Assembly: GCA_963977015.1 (NCBI GenBank)
Contig: CAXBMO010000043.1
Coordinates: 1-26,524 of the forward strand
Length of the DNA stretch: 26,524 nucleotides
Source of the DNA: an uncultured bacterium
Lineage (GTDB): Bacteria > Verrucomicrobiota > Verrucomicrobiia > Verrucomicrobiales > DEV007
Direction of reading: 5' to 3'
In this document: positions 16,752 to 25,559 of the stretch, piece by piece
How the letters are laid out: each line of letters opens with the position of its first letter
Numbering within the stretch: the first letter of the stretch is position 1
The notes under the pieces: generated by a model
Seen by the model: only the letters and a program-made list of their open reading frames with translations
Database searches by the model: none
What the model was told of the DNA's origin: nothing
Made by a program: the position numbers and the translations under genes

Positions 16752-17930
16752 TCAACGTATTATACCTGTCTGCGATACCGCAGCATAGTAAGCAACATGT
16801 TTTTGGAAGAATTCCAAATTATGATCAACCACGCGATTGATCAGATCGTGCTTCAAAATGTCCCATTCTTCGACGGCGCTCCGCAATTCCGGAAGCAAAT
16901 CCGGGTTCTGCTGCATCAACCAGCGGCGATTCAGAGCGCTCAAGTCGGGTTCCTCGGTCGTAGGGCTCAGGACCGATGGATTGGCCAATTGGAGAAAGCC
17001 GTGATCCTGGTGGATCGCTCTCAGCCAGAGATTCCACGGACGGTAGCTCAAAAAGTGCTGAAAGCTGGATCGGTCCTCCTTTAACCATGCGTTCTGCACC
17101 AGGAAACAAGCGGGATGTTGGGGGAAGAGACTGTTCTTCGGGAGGTCGATTCGATCCCAAACCGGAAGACTTTTCCGATTCGAGGCATCCAAATGATTGG
17201 GGAGAATGAAGGCGTGATCTTTCCAGTTGTCCGGAAGCTGCAGCGGTTCCATCAGGGCGGAACCCACGCTCATGAACATGACGAAGTCGGCAGTTTGGCG
17301 TTTGGCAACCAAATCGAGCCGGGAAAAGAGGTCAAAAAATCCGGAATCGACCGACTCGGTGTGGAGAGACGATAGCCCCTCCGGGATCGGGGGTGTCGGC
17401 CAAGGGCTCACCAGCGTCGCGGAATGAAAACTGGCGAAGTCGACTTTGCTGGACTGCAGCGTGTGCTCCAGATCGATCGCCTTTCCGCTGAGATCGATCA
17501 GGACCAGATCCACGTTGGCCATGGCTGGATCGTTGACCGGTTCCTTCCCTAATTCGAAGGTTTCAAGCGCTTCGTCCCATTGCTCAGCTGCCTCAATCTC
17601 GTCGATTTCCTCGGCAGCATCGTGAACGATTTTCAGCAACTCATCGGCCTGCACTTCCACTTCGGCGGCACTGCGGCGAGTTGCCTTCCAGCGGAGAAAG
17701 CGTTTGGCAATTTCACGGCCCTTGCGGGTTTGGCCTTTGAAAAAGTAGCTGTGGCTTTGGCTTAGCTTCTCCTTGTCATACCAGGGCGCATTTCGGTAGT
17801 CCTCGGTTTCGTTGACCAGTTCATCCAACCACTCTACCAGTTTGCCGACGTCTCGATCCGCTTTTCGCGCGGCCTTAACTTTGGAGCGGAGGTTTTCGAC
17901 CTGTTGCTCAAGTTGCCGGAGTTTGTTCAT
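16752..17930 (-). CDS. Hypothetical protein with N-terminal coiled coil and a possible degenerate glycosyltransferase-like C-terminal domain
   Basis: 392-aa ORF, ATGA-coupled to the upstream glycosyltransferase. Heptad-rich start MNKLRQLEQQVENLRSKVK. The C-terminal alpha/beta region lacks a clear DxD. Confidence 0.7.
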   Translation of the reverse strand: MNKLRQLEQQVENLRSKVKAARKADRDVGKLVEWLDELVNETEDYRNAPWYDKEKLSQSHSYFFKGQTRKGREIAKRFLRWKATRRSAAEVEVQADELLKIVHDAAEEIDEIEAAEQWDEALETFELGKEPVNDPAMANVDLVLIDLSGKAIDLEHTLQSSKVDFASFHSATLVSPWPTPPIPEGLSSLHTESVDSGFFDLFSRLDLVAKRQTADFVMFMSVGSALMEPLQLPDNWKDHAFILPNHLDASNRKSLPVWDRIDLPKNSLFPQHPACFLVQNAWLKEDRSSFQHFLSYRPWNLWLRAIHQDHGFLQLANPSVLSPTTEEPDLSALNRRWLMQQNPDLLPELRSAVEEWDILKHDLINRVVDHNLEFFQKHVAYYAAVSQTGIIR

Positions 17931-20257
17931 TTCCGTTTCGACAATGCTTGGGCAAAGAGATCCATCTCTGACTTGGCGGCGGCGGCAACCGTGTAGTTGG
18001 CCGCCGTATCAATCGCGGCTTTCCGCATTTCAGCATGAGAATCCGGATTGGCGAGAAACTCTTTCGCGGTCTTCAGGATCGCCTCGCGGTCGGAGGTGTC
18101 GACGATGAAGCCGTCTTTGCCGTCGGTTGTGTATTCGCCGGGGCCGCCATTGGCAGGGACGACCGGAACGCAGCCGCAGGCCATGGCTTCAAGGGCGGTT
18201 CGGCCAAACGCCTGATAAGTCGAGAGGTCAAGGAACAGCGTGGATTGACGAAGCACATCTGCCACTTCCTGGCGGGTCAGGACGCCGCGAATTTCGTCAA
18301 TTCCATCCTGGCCGGTCGACTCCCAGAAGGGATCGTCCTTCGCGCAGCCAAAAACGACGACCTTGATCTTGTCTCCCAACTCCTGCTTTAAAGCCTTCAA
18401 AACGTCTGCGGTCAGCTCGGGGGAACGCCTCGGTGTTGCCGGCCGAATCATCGCGGAAACGACGAGCGGGCCTTTCGTGGCTTCATCGGACGGGAAATAC
18501 ACCTCGTGATCGATGCTGGGGGAAACCTTGTGCATCTCCACGCCTTCCTTCTCCTTGAGCGTATCGCAAAGCCATTGGGTCTTGGCGAAGCAAAGCGCGT
18601 TGGGAACGGCCTGATAGGATTTCCGCGCGCGGAGATAAAGAGCATCGCTCTCGTCGTAAAAGAGAGGCTCGTAATCCTGAATATAATAGGCGGGAACGAT
18701 GTTTGGATGAAGCGTGGAAATGTGCTTCAACAAATCAACCGACGTAAACAAGGTGGCGACCACCACATCAAAGGTTTCCGCATACGCCGCCAATTCATAC
18801 TGACTCTGGTAAGGATAAAATCTTCCCTTGGGGTAACCGGGATACTTGGAAGCGTAGAAGTCGGCGTGTTCGTCGCGAATCGCCATTTGGGCGAAAACTC
18901 CCAATTCGCAAAGTCCGTTCGTTTCCTGAACAATGGAGTGGGTGCCGCCTCCGTCGCCTTTGAAGTCGAGCAGAAACAAAACCCGAAACGGCACCTTGTG
19001 CGTCTGAAGGTCCTTGAACTTTTCGCGGATGACCGCCAAATCCGGATGCTCGCGGGTCACGGTGCAGGCATCGCCGAGATTTTGCTCGCCGACCTTGTCC
19101 TTCAATAGCTGGGTCGCGGCTTTGGAGAGCACCTTTCTCCGTTCGTGAGTGAAGCTCTTGCTCTTGGCGTGAAACACATAGGCGTCATCGGCGACGACCA
19201 GCTTGAATCCGGCATCGCGGGCGCGGAGGCAATAGTCGTTCTCCTCACCGTAGCCTTTGGGAAACGTCTCCTCATCCAGGTAGCCGATCGTGTTCATGAC
19301 CGCGCGTTTGATGACAAAACAAAAGCCGTTGATCAACTCCACCTGCGGATAGGCGGGCTGATGGCGAAGCAGGAGAGAACTGCCGACATCATCGACCGTG
19401 ATTCCTTCCGGCAACTCGTTCACCTCCCAGTCCCCGACATCCGCGAAACGTTTCGGGACGGATTGCCAGCTCGCGGCATTGGAGAGCGGTCCCAGTATCC
19501 CGATTTTCTCGTCCGCCTCGCCACAGGCGACCAGCGTTTCGAGCCAAAGATGGGGAACGATCGTGTCGCTGTTCAACAGGACGACGTAGTCGGCGTGCGT
19601 ATGGCGCAATCCCTGGTTCGCGGCGATGGTGTAGCCGCGCGCCTCGACGTTGCGGATGATGTCGGTCGGGACCAGCGCATTCTCGGCAAATTCCTCCAGG
19701 TAGGTGCTGGTTTCATCGTCGGAACCATCATTCACCAGCACGATTCGCTGCAGTTTCGGGGAACGCGCGACGATTGAATCCAGACAAACCTTCACGTCGC
19801 CGAGCGCGTTGTGAACGCAAATCACGATCTCAATGGTCGGCGTGAGAAACGGAACGTGCAGCGCCTCATCCTGATCTTCGGGCCGGTCCAAATCCGAGAC
19901 TTGGAGGATGGTGTCAGGCACATTCGGCTCCCACTCCTTCTCGCTCTTGACGAGAAGTTCCTCGATTTGCGTGACCCGCTTGTTCCCAATCAATCCCGCG
20001 ACACTGGCCTTGAGCCGCTCAACCGATTCGCGAATCTGCCCCATCAGGTTTTTGGCCCGCTGCAGCGCTTTCGTCTGATTCTTCAGGTCACGAACCAGGT
20101 CCTTCTCCCGCTGGTGCGCGAAATAAGCCCGTTGCCGTTGGACGTTGAACAAATGGTAGTTCTGCCAGCGCGATTCCCGGAGCGCAGCACGCAATCGGCG
20201 GATCTCCGTGCTTTCGGGATTGTTGGAAGAATCTTCGTTGGATGAGGAGTCAGACAC
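17927..20257 (-). CDS. Multidomain glycosyltransferase: coiled coil + GT2 + GT4-like domain
   Basis: GT2 motifs IVICVHNA, LVNDGSDD, LLNSDT, GYGEENDYC. GT4-like QAFGRTALEAMACG. Charged helical N-terminus. Confidence 0.92.
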   Translation of the reverse strand: MSDSSSNEDSSNNPESTEIRRLRAALRESRWQNYHLFNVQRQRAYFAHQREKDLVRDLKNQTKALQRAKNLMGQIRESVERLKASVAGLIGNKRVTQIEELLVKSEKEWEPNVPDTILQVSDLDRPEDQDEALHVPFLTPTIEIVICVHNALGDVKVCLDSIVARSPKLQRIVLVNDGSDDETSTYLEEFAENALVPTDIIRNVEARGYTIAANQGLRHTHADYVVLLNSDTIVPHLWLETLVACGEADEKIGILGPLSNAASWQSVPKRFADVGDWEVNELPEGITVDDVGSSLLLRHQPAYPQVELINGFCFVIKRAVMNTIGYLDEETFPKGYGEENDYCLRARDAGFKLVVADDAYVFHAKSKSFTHERRKVLSKAATQLLKDKVGEQNLGDACTVTREHPDLAVIREKFKDLQTHKVPFRVLFLLDFKGDGGGTHSIVQETNGLCELGVFAQMAIRDEHADFYASKYPGYPKGRFYPYQSQYELAAYAETFDVVVATLFTSVDLLKHISTLHPNIVPAYYIQDYEPLFYDESDALYLRARKSYQAVPNALCFAKTQWLCDTLKEKEGVEMHKVSPSIDHEVYFPSDEATKGPLVVSAMIRPATPRRSPELTADVLKALKQELGDKIKVVVFGCAKDDPFWESTGQDGIDEIRGVLTRQEVADVLRQSTLFLDLSTYQAFGRTALEAMACGCVPVVPANGGPGEYTTDGKDGFIVDTSDREAILKTAKEFLANPDSHAEMRKAAIDTAANYTVAAAAKSEMDLFAQALSKRK

Positions 20258-20369
20258 CGTTGGACGATTCGACAGCCAGCAGCGCTTTCAAGTGGAATGT
20301 CGCTCGATCTGGAATTGGATTTTAGGGCATTTGAAGCGGAGGCGTCGCCAATGTTGCGGGGAAACAGCT

Positions 20370-21893
20370 CTAGACGATCACCGTATCAAAATGCTCAGGA
20401 ATATGGAGCGCAAATTGTTCGTCCGCTTCGGGGATGTCCCGCAACGCAGCCGCTTCGCCGACTTTCGCCAATCCATCCGTATTGCTCGCATCGCTCATTT
20501 CGCGCATGGGGACCGCCTTTTTGACGATCGCGGGCGGAAGCCCCAGTTCCTCCAGATACTTCTCTTCCAGCATCGCGTCATAGCGCACGTAGTGCAGCAG
20601 CGCTTGGCCGCCGATCAGGTCCTCATAGCAATCACCGATCTCCGAATCGATTTCCCAGCAGGTCGGCGAAGTCGAGAAGGACTGCATCAGCAACTGGTTC
20701 TGCCAGTTCGCGTCATCCATCAGCATTTGCGGGATCTCCTTCACCAAACGCAAAAGGCCGAATTTCATCACCTCCTTCATCGTAAAGCGAATCCGCGCAT
20801 TGCCCGTTCCCATCGAGACCAGCAACAACTTGTCCGCGCCGGTATCCCAATGAAACGGAAAGCCTTTCAGCACTGCGGCAAGGAAGCACTGGAGCGAGGG
20901 ATTGTTCGACATGCTCACGCCGCCATCCATGAACGCGCCCTTCACCATCTTGCCCTTCTCATCCACATCGCCCGTCGGCAAAACCTGCGGCTCAAAGAAG
21001 GTTGGCGCGGCTGTGCTCGCCCGGATTGAATGGCGGAGATTGAGCGGTGCGTTGTACTCATAGTATTTCCCGCGCGGATGATTGATGAGCGGCCAGGTGC
21101 TCCGCGTATCGGCCCGTTTTGCGACAATGCACAACCCGGTCTGCAATTCCGGACCACCCAGCTTCGCATCGCCAAAGATCGTCCGCAGGTGTTTCTCCAG
21201 TGCCTTTTTGTCGAAGCGCTTGTTCTGCGTCAGCATCCCGAACGTTCCCTTGTCGCCCTTGAATACATCGCCGCCCAGTTTCAAATACATCGCCTTCAGG
21301 TCGGAGGTCTTCATCCCCATCGCCAACGCCCCGGCAATGATCGACCCCGTGCTGGTCCCGCCGATCAAATCAAAATACTGGCAAAGCCGGAAATCGCCCG
21401 GATTCGCGATCTTCCCGGTTTTGTAGAGTCGCTGCGCCAGCTTGTTTTCCAGTCGCTCGACAAATCCCAGCGTCATCACGCCTTTGATGCCGCCGCCGTC
21501 CAGCGCCAGGATCCGCTTTGGATGCGTTCCGTCAAAGTGGCGCATCAAGACCGTGTCGGCCGTCGGCGCATCTGCCGGAGCCGGGGCCGGGGCATGCTCG
21601 GGAGGTTCAATCCGGTATCCCATCGCCAAAATCGCCTTGATCGACTCCATCGCCGTATCGCGATCATACTGCTTCTCGCCATCGCTCAATTGATCATAGG
21701 CCAACAGATCCGGATGCTTCTTCGCATCATCATCGCGCTTTTCGCCATAAGTCCAACCTTCCGCCATCCTTCCGCGAGCCCAGACGTCGTGAGCGTTCTC
21801 CGCAATCTTCTCGGTGAGATCTTCCAGGCCGTGGGGAAGTTTGACGCTCGACGTGTCAATCGGGGTGGGTTGATAATTCGATGAATCTGCCAT
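20370..21893 (-). CDS. RyR-domain / patatin-like phospholipase fusion protein (about 507 aa)
   Basis: Start placed at ATG 21893. RyR repeat YQPTPIDTSSVKL...IAENAHDVWARGRMAEGWTYGEKRDDDAKKHPDLLAYDQLSDGEKQYDR...GYRIE, Pro/Ala linker, then patatin motifs LDGGGIKG, GTSTG, ASTAAPTFF and DGGVS. Confidence 0.92.
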   Translation of the reverse strand: MADSSNYQPTPIDTSSVKLPHGLEDLTEKIAENAHDVWARGRMAEGWTYGEKRDDDAKKHPDLLAYDQLSDGEKQYDRDTAMESIKAILAMGYRIEPPEHAPAPAPADAPTADTVLMRHFDGTHPKRILALDGGGIKGVMTLGFVERLENKLAQRLYKTGKIANPGDFRLCQYFDLIGGTSTGSIIAGALAMGMKTSDLKAMYLKLGGDVFKGDKGTFGMLTQNKRFDKKALEKHLRTIFGDAKLGGPELQTGLCIVAKRADTRSTWPLINHPRGKYYEYNAPLNLRHSIRASTAAPTFFEPQVLPTGDVDEKGKMVKGAFMDGGVSMSNNPSLQCFLAAVLKGFPFHWDTGADKLLLVSMGTGNARIRFTMKEVMKFGLLRLVKEIPQMLMDDANWQNQLLMQSFSTSPTCWEIDSEIGDCYEDLIGGQALLHYVRYDAMLEEKYLEELGLPPAIVKKAVPMREMSDASNTDGLAKVGEAAALRDIPEADEQFALHIPEHFDTVIV

Positions 21894-22005
21894 GTCGGCC
21901 ACATCTAACAACGAACTCTGCGCGGATGTCGAGCGTTGATTGTTCGTGAATTCAGCCCGTTCCCAGTCGTCGTTTCTGCCCGTATCCCCGCTTCGCGCGA
22001 TCCCT

Positions 22006-22110
22006 GAAAAGTGGAAGGGCACCCCGACTGCGTCCCCGGGATGCCCTTCCTTGCCAGGAGGAGGTTGTTGCTGGTTGTCCGGCTCGCAATGAGCGCTGCA
22101 ATCCGGACAC
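22006..22110 (-). ncRNA. Candidate small RNA with a C-rich anti-Shine-Dalgarno loop
   Basis: 5' stem UGUCCGG...CCGGACA, middle CCAG-CAACAACCUCCUC-CUGG, then a 14-bp terminator hairpin. Upstream AT-rich region with CGTTCTAAT just before the 5' stem. Confidence 0.4.
22007..22050 (-). terminator. Rho-independent terminator
   Basis: Minus strand GGAAGGGCATCCCG-N10-CGGGGTGCCCTTCC-ACTTTT: 14-bp stem with one G-U pair and a short U tract. Confidence 0.7.
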
Positions 22111-22192
22111 TTTATTAGAACGCGCCGCGCCGATCTTTAATCAATCGTTTCAGGATTTTTTTGGAAAAATTGCCGACCCGACTCCGCCACCC

Positions 22193-23533
22193 TCACCGCG
22201 CCATCAGCCCCAACGCCAGATTCGCCATCGACTCCACCGTCAACTGCATGGTCGGTTCCGGCTCGGGATAATAGAGCGCGGAATGGAGCGAGGGCAGGGG
22301 AGCCGCGCCGGGTTGCTGAGCAGCCTCCCATTTTTCACGCGCAATCGTTCCCACCCGATACTGCAACCCGGGAACGCCGAGTTTCTTCGCATAACGTGCA
22401 AAGTCTTCCCCGCCCATCGTCGGCGGCAGCTCCACCACATTCTCTGCGCCCCAAAGCTCGCCAAACAACTTCACCGCCGCCTTTGCCAACTCCGGATCAT
22501 TGTAACCCGCCGGCGTGTACTCCTCCTCATCAATCGCCACCAACGGCGGCTTCGGGCAATTCATCGTCTTGCACGTATCCGTCGTAATCTGGCGAATTCC
22601 GTCCAGCAACGTCTTCCGCACCTCATCGGTATAACTCCGCACCGTCAGTTGCAGCTTTACCTCGTCCGGAATGATGTTGTGCTTCGACCCGCCGTGGATC
22701 GAACCGACCGTAATCACCGCTGGATCGATCGGATGCACCCGCCGACTCACGATCGTCTGCAACGCCGTAATCACGTGCGCCGCCGTCACAATCGGATCCA
22801 CCGTTGCCTGCGGCTGAGCACCGTGGCCACCCTTCCCGTAAATCGTGATGTCCACCGAATCCACATTTGCCGTCCCCCAACCGGCCGTGTAACCCAACTG
22901 CCCCACTGGCAGATCATTCTTCACATGCATCGACAGGCAGAAATCCGGCTTCGGGAATCGCTCGAACAATCCGTCCGCAATCATGAATTTCGCCCCGCGC
23001 CCGATCTCCTCCGCCGGTTGACCAATCATCACCACGGTCCCGCTCCACTGCTCCTTCAAATCCGCCAGCAACCGCCCCATCCCCACCACCATCGCTATGT
23101 GCACATCGTGACCACACGCATGCATCGCCCCCGCCTTCGATCCATCCGCCCGCGTAATCTCCACCTTGCTCGCATACGGCAACCCCGTCTCCTCCACCAC
23201 CGGCAACGCATCCATATCCCCGCGGATCAACACCGTCGGTCCCTCGCCGTTTTCCAACACCCCCACCACGCCCGTCTTCCCAACTCCGGTCGTTACTGTA
23301 AACCCCGCCTTCTCCAGCTCGCGCCCAATCATCGCACTCGTCTTGAACTCCTGAAGGGAAAGCTCCGGATTCTGATGCGCCTGCCGATACGTCGCCACCA
23401 GCTTCGGCAAATTGGACTCCACCCAAGTCGCAATCGCCTTTGACCGCGTCGGATCCGCCGCAATCTCGATCTCGGTCGCCGAACTCTGCGCCAAACTCGT
23501 CGCCGCCAACATCAGGAAGAAAAACGCTCTCAT
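22193..23533 (-). CDS. M20 (M20D-like) amidohydrolase with predicted signal peptide
   Basis: NPELSLQE, LIRGDMDALP, MHACGHDVH, QPAEE, GKGGHG, HNIIPD, MGGEDF. Start moved to ATG 23533 (MRAFFFLMLAATSLA-Q), 6 nt after TTGCGT-N18-TATGCT. Confidence 0.93.
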   Translation of the reverse strand: MRAFFFLMLAATSLAQSSATEIEIAADPTRSKAIATWVESNLPKLVATYRQAHQNPELSLQEFKTSAMIGRELEKAGFTVTTGVGKTGVVGVLENGEGPTVLIRGDMDALPVVEETGLPYASKVEITRADGSKAGAMHACGHDVHIAMVVGMGRLLADLKEQWSGTVVMIGQPAEEIGRGAKFMIADGLFERFPKPDFCLSMHVKNDLPVGQLGYTAGWGTANVDSVDITIYGKGGHGAQPQATVDPIVTAAHVITALQTIVSRRVHPIDPAVITVGSIHGGSKHNIIPDEVKLQLTVRSYTDEVRKTLLDGIRQITTDTCKTMNCPKPPLVAIDEEEYTPAGYNDPELAKAAVKLFGELWGAENVVELPPTMGGEDFARYAKKLGVPGLQYRVGTIAREKWEAAQQPGAAPLPSLHSALYYPEPEPTMQLTVESMANLALGLMAR

Positions 23534-23597
23534 GGCACCAGCATAGAACGCGGATTCTGATCCACGCAATGCGTTTCGTGGTCTCGCACCCAACCTC

Positions 23598-23753
23598 GTT
23601 CATCTCCCGCTAAGGCATGGCTATTTGGGGCGATCAGCTCGGCATGGATCTCGGAAGAAGGCATGTCGCCCACTTTGCGAGGAAACTTCGTGCTCATGCC
23701 GATGCGGATCGCCAGCTGTTCGTCGCCCTCTTCGCGGGGGTGTGGCTTAAAAT
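23598..23753 (+). CRISPR. Degenerate orphan type I-C-like CRISPR mini-array (2 clear repeats + 1 weak, 1-2 spacers)
   Basis: 32-nt repeat GTCGCCCTCTTCGCGGGGGTGTGGCTTAAAAT at 23722-23753. Internally deleted copy GTCGCCCACTTTGCGAGG/AAAC at 23665-23686 (15 of first 18 nt identical). 35-nt spacer between them. A weak copy starts 67 nt earlier at 23598. No cas genes in the window. Confidence 0.65.
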
Positions 23754-23805
23754 CGCATGGCGAGGTCGAGCGCAATTCGACGCGGCGTTTCTAACCCTAT
23801 CGCAT

Positions 23806-24747
23806 CTACTGAATCTGCAAACCAATGGGGGGACCTGCTCCAGCCCCAGTTCCTGCTGCAGCTTCCTTACTGATCGCGGGAGTTCCACTTGGCACTGGGG
23901 TTGGAGCTGAATGGGGAGCCGATGGGGCAGGGGATGGAACCAACATCGATGTCCCGCTTCGGGATTGTTGGAGGCTTCGCAACAGTTGCTGCTTCATGGT
24001 AGGATCCAAAAGATCCTGAACCAGCACTTCGGCGCGATCAAATAAGGCAATGGCCTCGGCCGTATTCCCCACCATGGATTCCGACACTCCTGCCCCGGCT
24101 TCTGTCATTGCATTGGTCATGATGATGTACTGGGCATCATCGGAAGGGAATCGATCAAACACCTCCCGGGCTTTTTGGTAGTAGGCCCGTCCACCCTCCA
24201 GGTCCTGGCTGCGAATCAGATAATACCCCAGATTCCGATGCGCTGTCACATCATCATTCGCATTCGTTGCCAGGACGATAGCCTTCTCATAATAGCTTTG
24301 CACCCGGTTATTGATTCCACTCGCGGCCAGTGCGTTGGCAATCATGAGGTACTCGCTGGAGGTGATGACGTTGGGAATACTGTCCATGATCTCCGACGCC
24401 TGAGAGGCGAGTAGCGCGTTTTCTTGGGTCAGCAGCCCGTTGATCGAGGTTTGAAACTGTGGATACTGGGCAAAGTCGGCTGCGTATTCCAGGTTGCGCT
24501 GCGGAATGGCGCTAACTTGCTGGATAAGTTCACGCAGCTCCCGCTTTGCGGCAGCCACCTTGGCGGATTCCTCTTTCAGGTAGGAGACAAGGGTTGTGCC
24601 GAACGAGAAGAGAAGCGCCAAAAAGGCGACAACCGTAGATGGGTTGCGATACCAAGGACCTCGGAGGCGCGTGAATTGCACCTGGAGTCCGTCCACTTCT
24701 TCTTTGAGGGTGGAAACCGCGTTTTCGAGACTGGCGTTGGTAACCAT
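23806..24747 (-). CDS. Hypothetical membrane-anchored helical (TPR-like) protein
   Basis: One TM segment VVAFLALLFSFGTTLVSYL, TPR-like units (QSYYEKAI, RNLGYYL, RAYYQKAR, ALFDRA) and a Pro/Ala-rich tail. Confidence 0.75.
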   Translation of the reverse strand: MVTNASLENAVSTLKEEVDGLQVQFTRLRGPWYRNPSTVVAFLALLFSFGTTLVSYLKEESAKVAAAKRELRELIQQVSAIPQRNLEYAADFAQYPQFQTSINGLLTQENALLASQASEIMDSIPNVITSSEYLMIANALAASGINNRVQSYYEKAIVLATNANDDVTAHRNLGYYLIRSQDLEGGRAYYQKAREVFDRFPSDDAQYIIMTNAMTEAGAGVSESMVGNTAEAIALFDRAEVLVQDLLDPTMKQQLLRSLQQSRSGTSMLVPSPAPSAPHSAPTPVPSGTPAISKEAAAGTGAGAGPPIGLQIQ

Positions 24748-24809
24748 TTTGATCTGCCTTTTTTTGAAATTTTTAAGCTGGACTCAGGGTATGAGGGAAC
24801 GAAAAGCTT

Positions 24810-25394
24810 TTAGCGACTAAAGGGATTGCCGCCCCCTGCTATATATCCGTTCTCGACGATTTGAATGCGGGTAAAACCATCCGGGTGCCGGTGGCTGGGA
24901 AAGAACCCCTCGGTTGCCAACCAGGACTGAACACCTCTGCGGGAAATGTTCATTCTCGCTAACGTATAACCGGCAAAGTAGTCTGCTCGGGCTTCATCGG
25001 ACCAATCCGCTATCATGTTGGGAACGCGTATGCCGGTGAGGATGTGGCCAACCTCATGCGCGAGGATTCCCACAGTGGCCGCCCGTCCATGCCGGGCCAC
25101 GATTCCGTTGAAGAAGTCCGGGTCAAAGACGATGTAACCGGTGCGGTTGAGGACCGGAGGAAACGCAAGGGCGTTGTTGACTCCCCGTTGGGAAAAGACA
25201 GGAATGGGGGCCGCGCCGTGAACGCGGCAAATGGCGACGACTTCCTGAAATGCCGCTCCCCGGTCGGGATGAGCAGGCTCCTGGGCAAAGCCGCCTCCTT
25301 GGGTGAACCCGCACATCGGGCGTTGTGCATGGGCCGTGGTGAAACCGAATGCCAATGCGTATAATGATAGAGCTGCCAATACCTTGAGGTTCAT
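24810..25394 (-). CDS. Secreted M48-like zinc metalloprotease
   Basis: Signal peptide MNLKVLAALSLYALAFGFTTAHA-Q, NNALA, ILAHEVGH, EARADYFAG, HPDGFTR. Start moved to ATG 25394. Confidence 0.82.
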   Translation of the reverse strand: MNLKVLAALSLYALAFGFTTAHAQRPMCGFTQGGGFAQEPAHPDRGAAFQEVVAICRVHGAAPIPVFSQRGVNNALAFPPVLNRTGYIVFDPDFFNGIVARHGRAATVGILAHEVGHILTGIRVPNMIADWSDEARADYFAGYTLARMNISRRGVQSWLATEGFFPSHRHPDGFTRIQIVENGYIAGGGNPFSR

Positions 25395-25559
25395 TGTTAT
25401 GGAATGATTAGTGTTAAGGATGTGGGCACGGGTTCGCGCCGATAGGCGCACCAGTTCCTGCCTGAAGATAACCCCTGCTACTGGTAACGATGCTAGGAAT
25501 TCGGAAATTCGAAGGCAAGCAAAAAACGAAAATAATAAATTGGTGGGGCGGAGTTGGAG

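Noticed and set aside
20370-21893. CBASS or another known multi-gene defence operon around the patatin
   Set aside because: No CD-NTase, Cap2/Cap3, TIR or NLR-like gene is adjacent. Neighbours are a glycosyltransferase and an amidohydrolase.
21894-22022. 43-aa N-terminal extension of the patatin ORF (also extensions at 23534..23593 and 25395..25451)
   Set aside because: The patatin extension starts inside a terminator hairpin and the amidohydrolase extension spans its predicted promoter. Downstream ATGs give a clean domain or signal-peptide start in all three cases.
23530-23561. Possible fourth CRISPR repeat (CGCGGATT in register, 68 nt before 23598)
   Set aside because: Only about 7 nt match, and the site overlaps the amidohydrolase start codon and promoter.
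23530-23775. 81-aa minus ORF and 97-aa plus ORF (23617..23910)
   Set aside because: They are translations across the degenerate CRISPR repeats and spacers, with no protein motifs.
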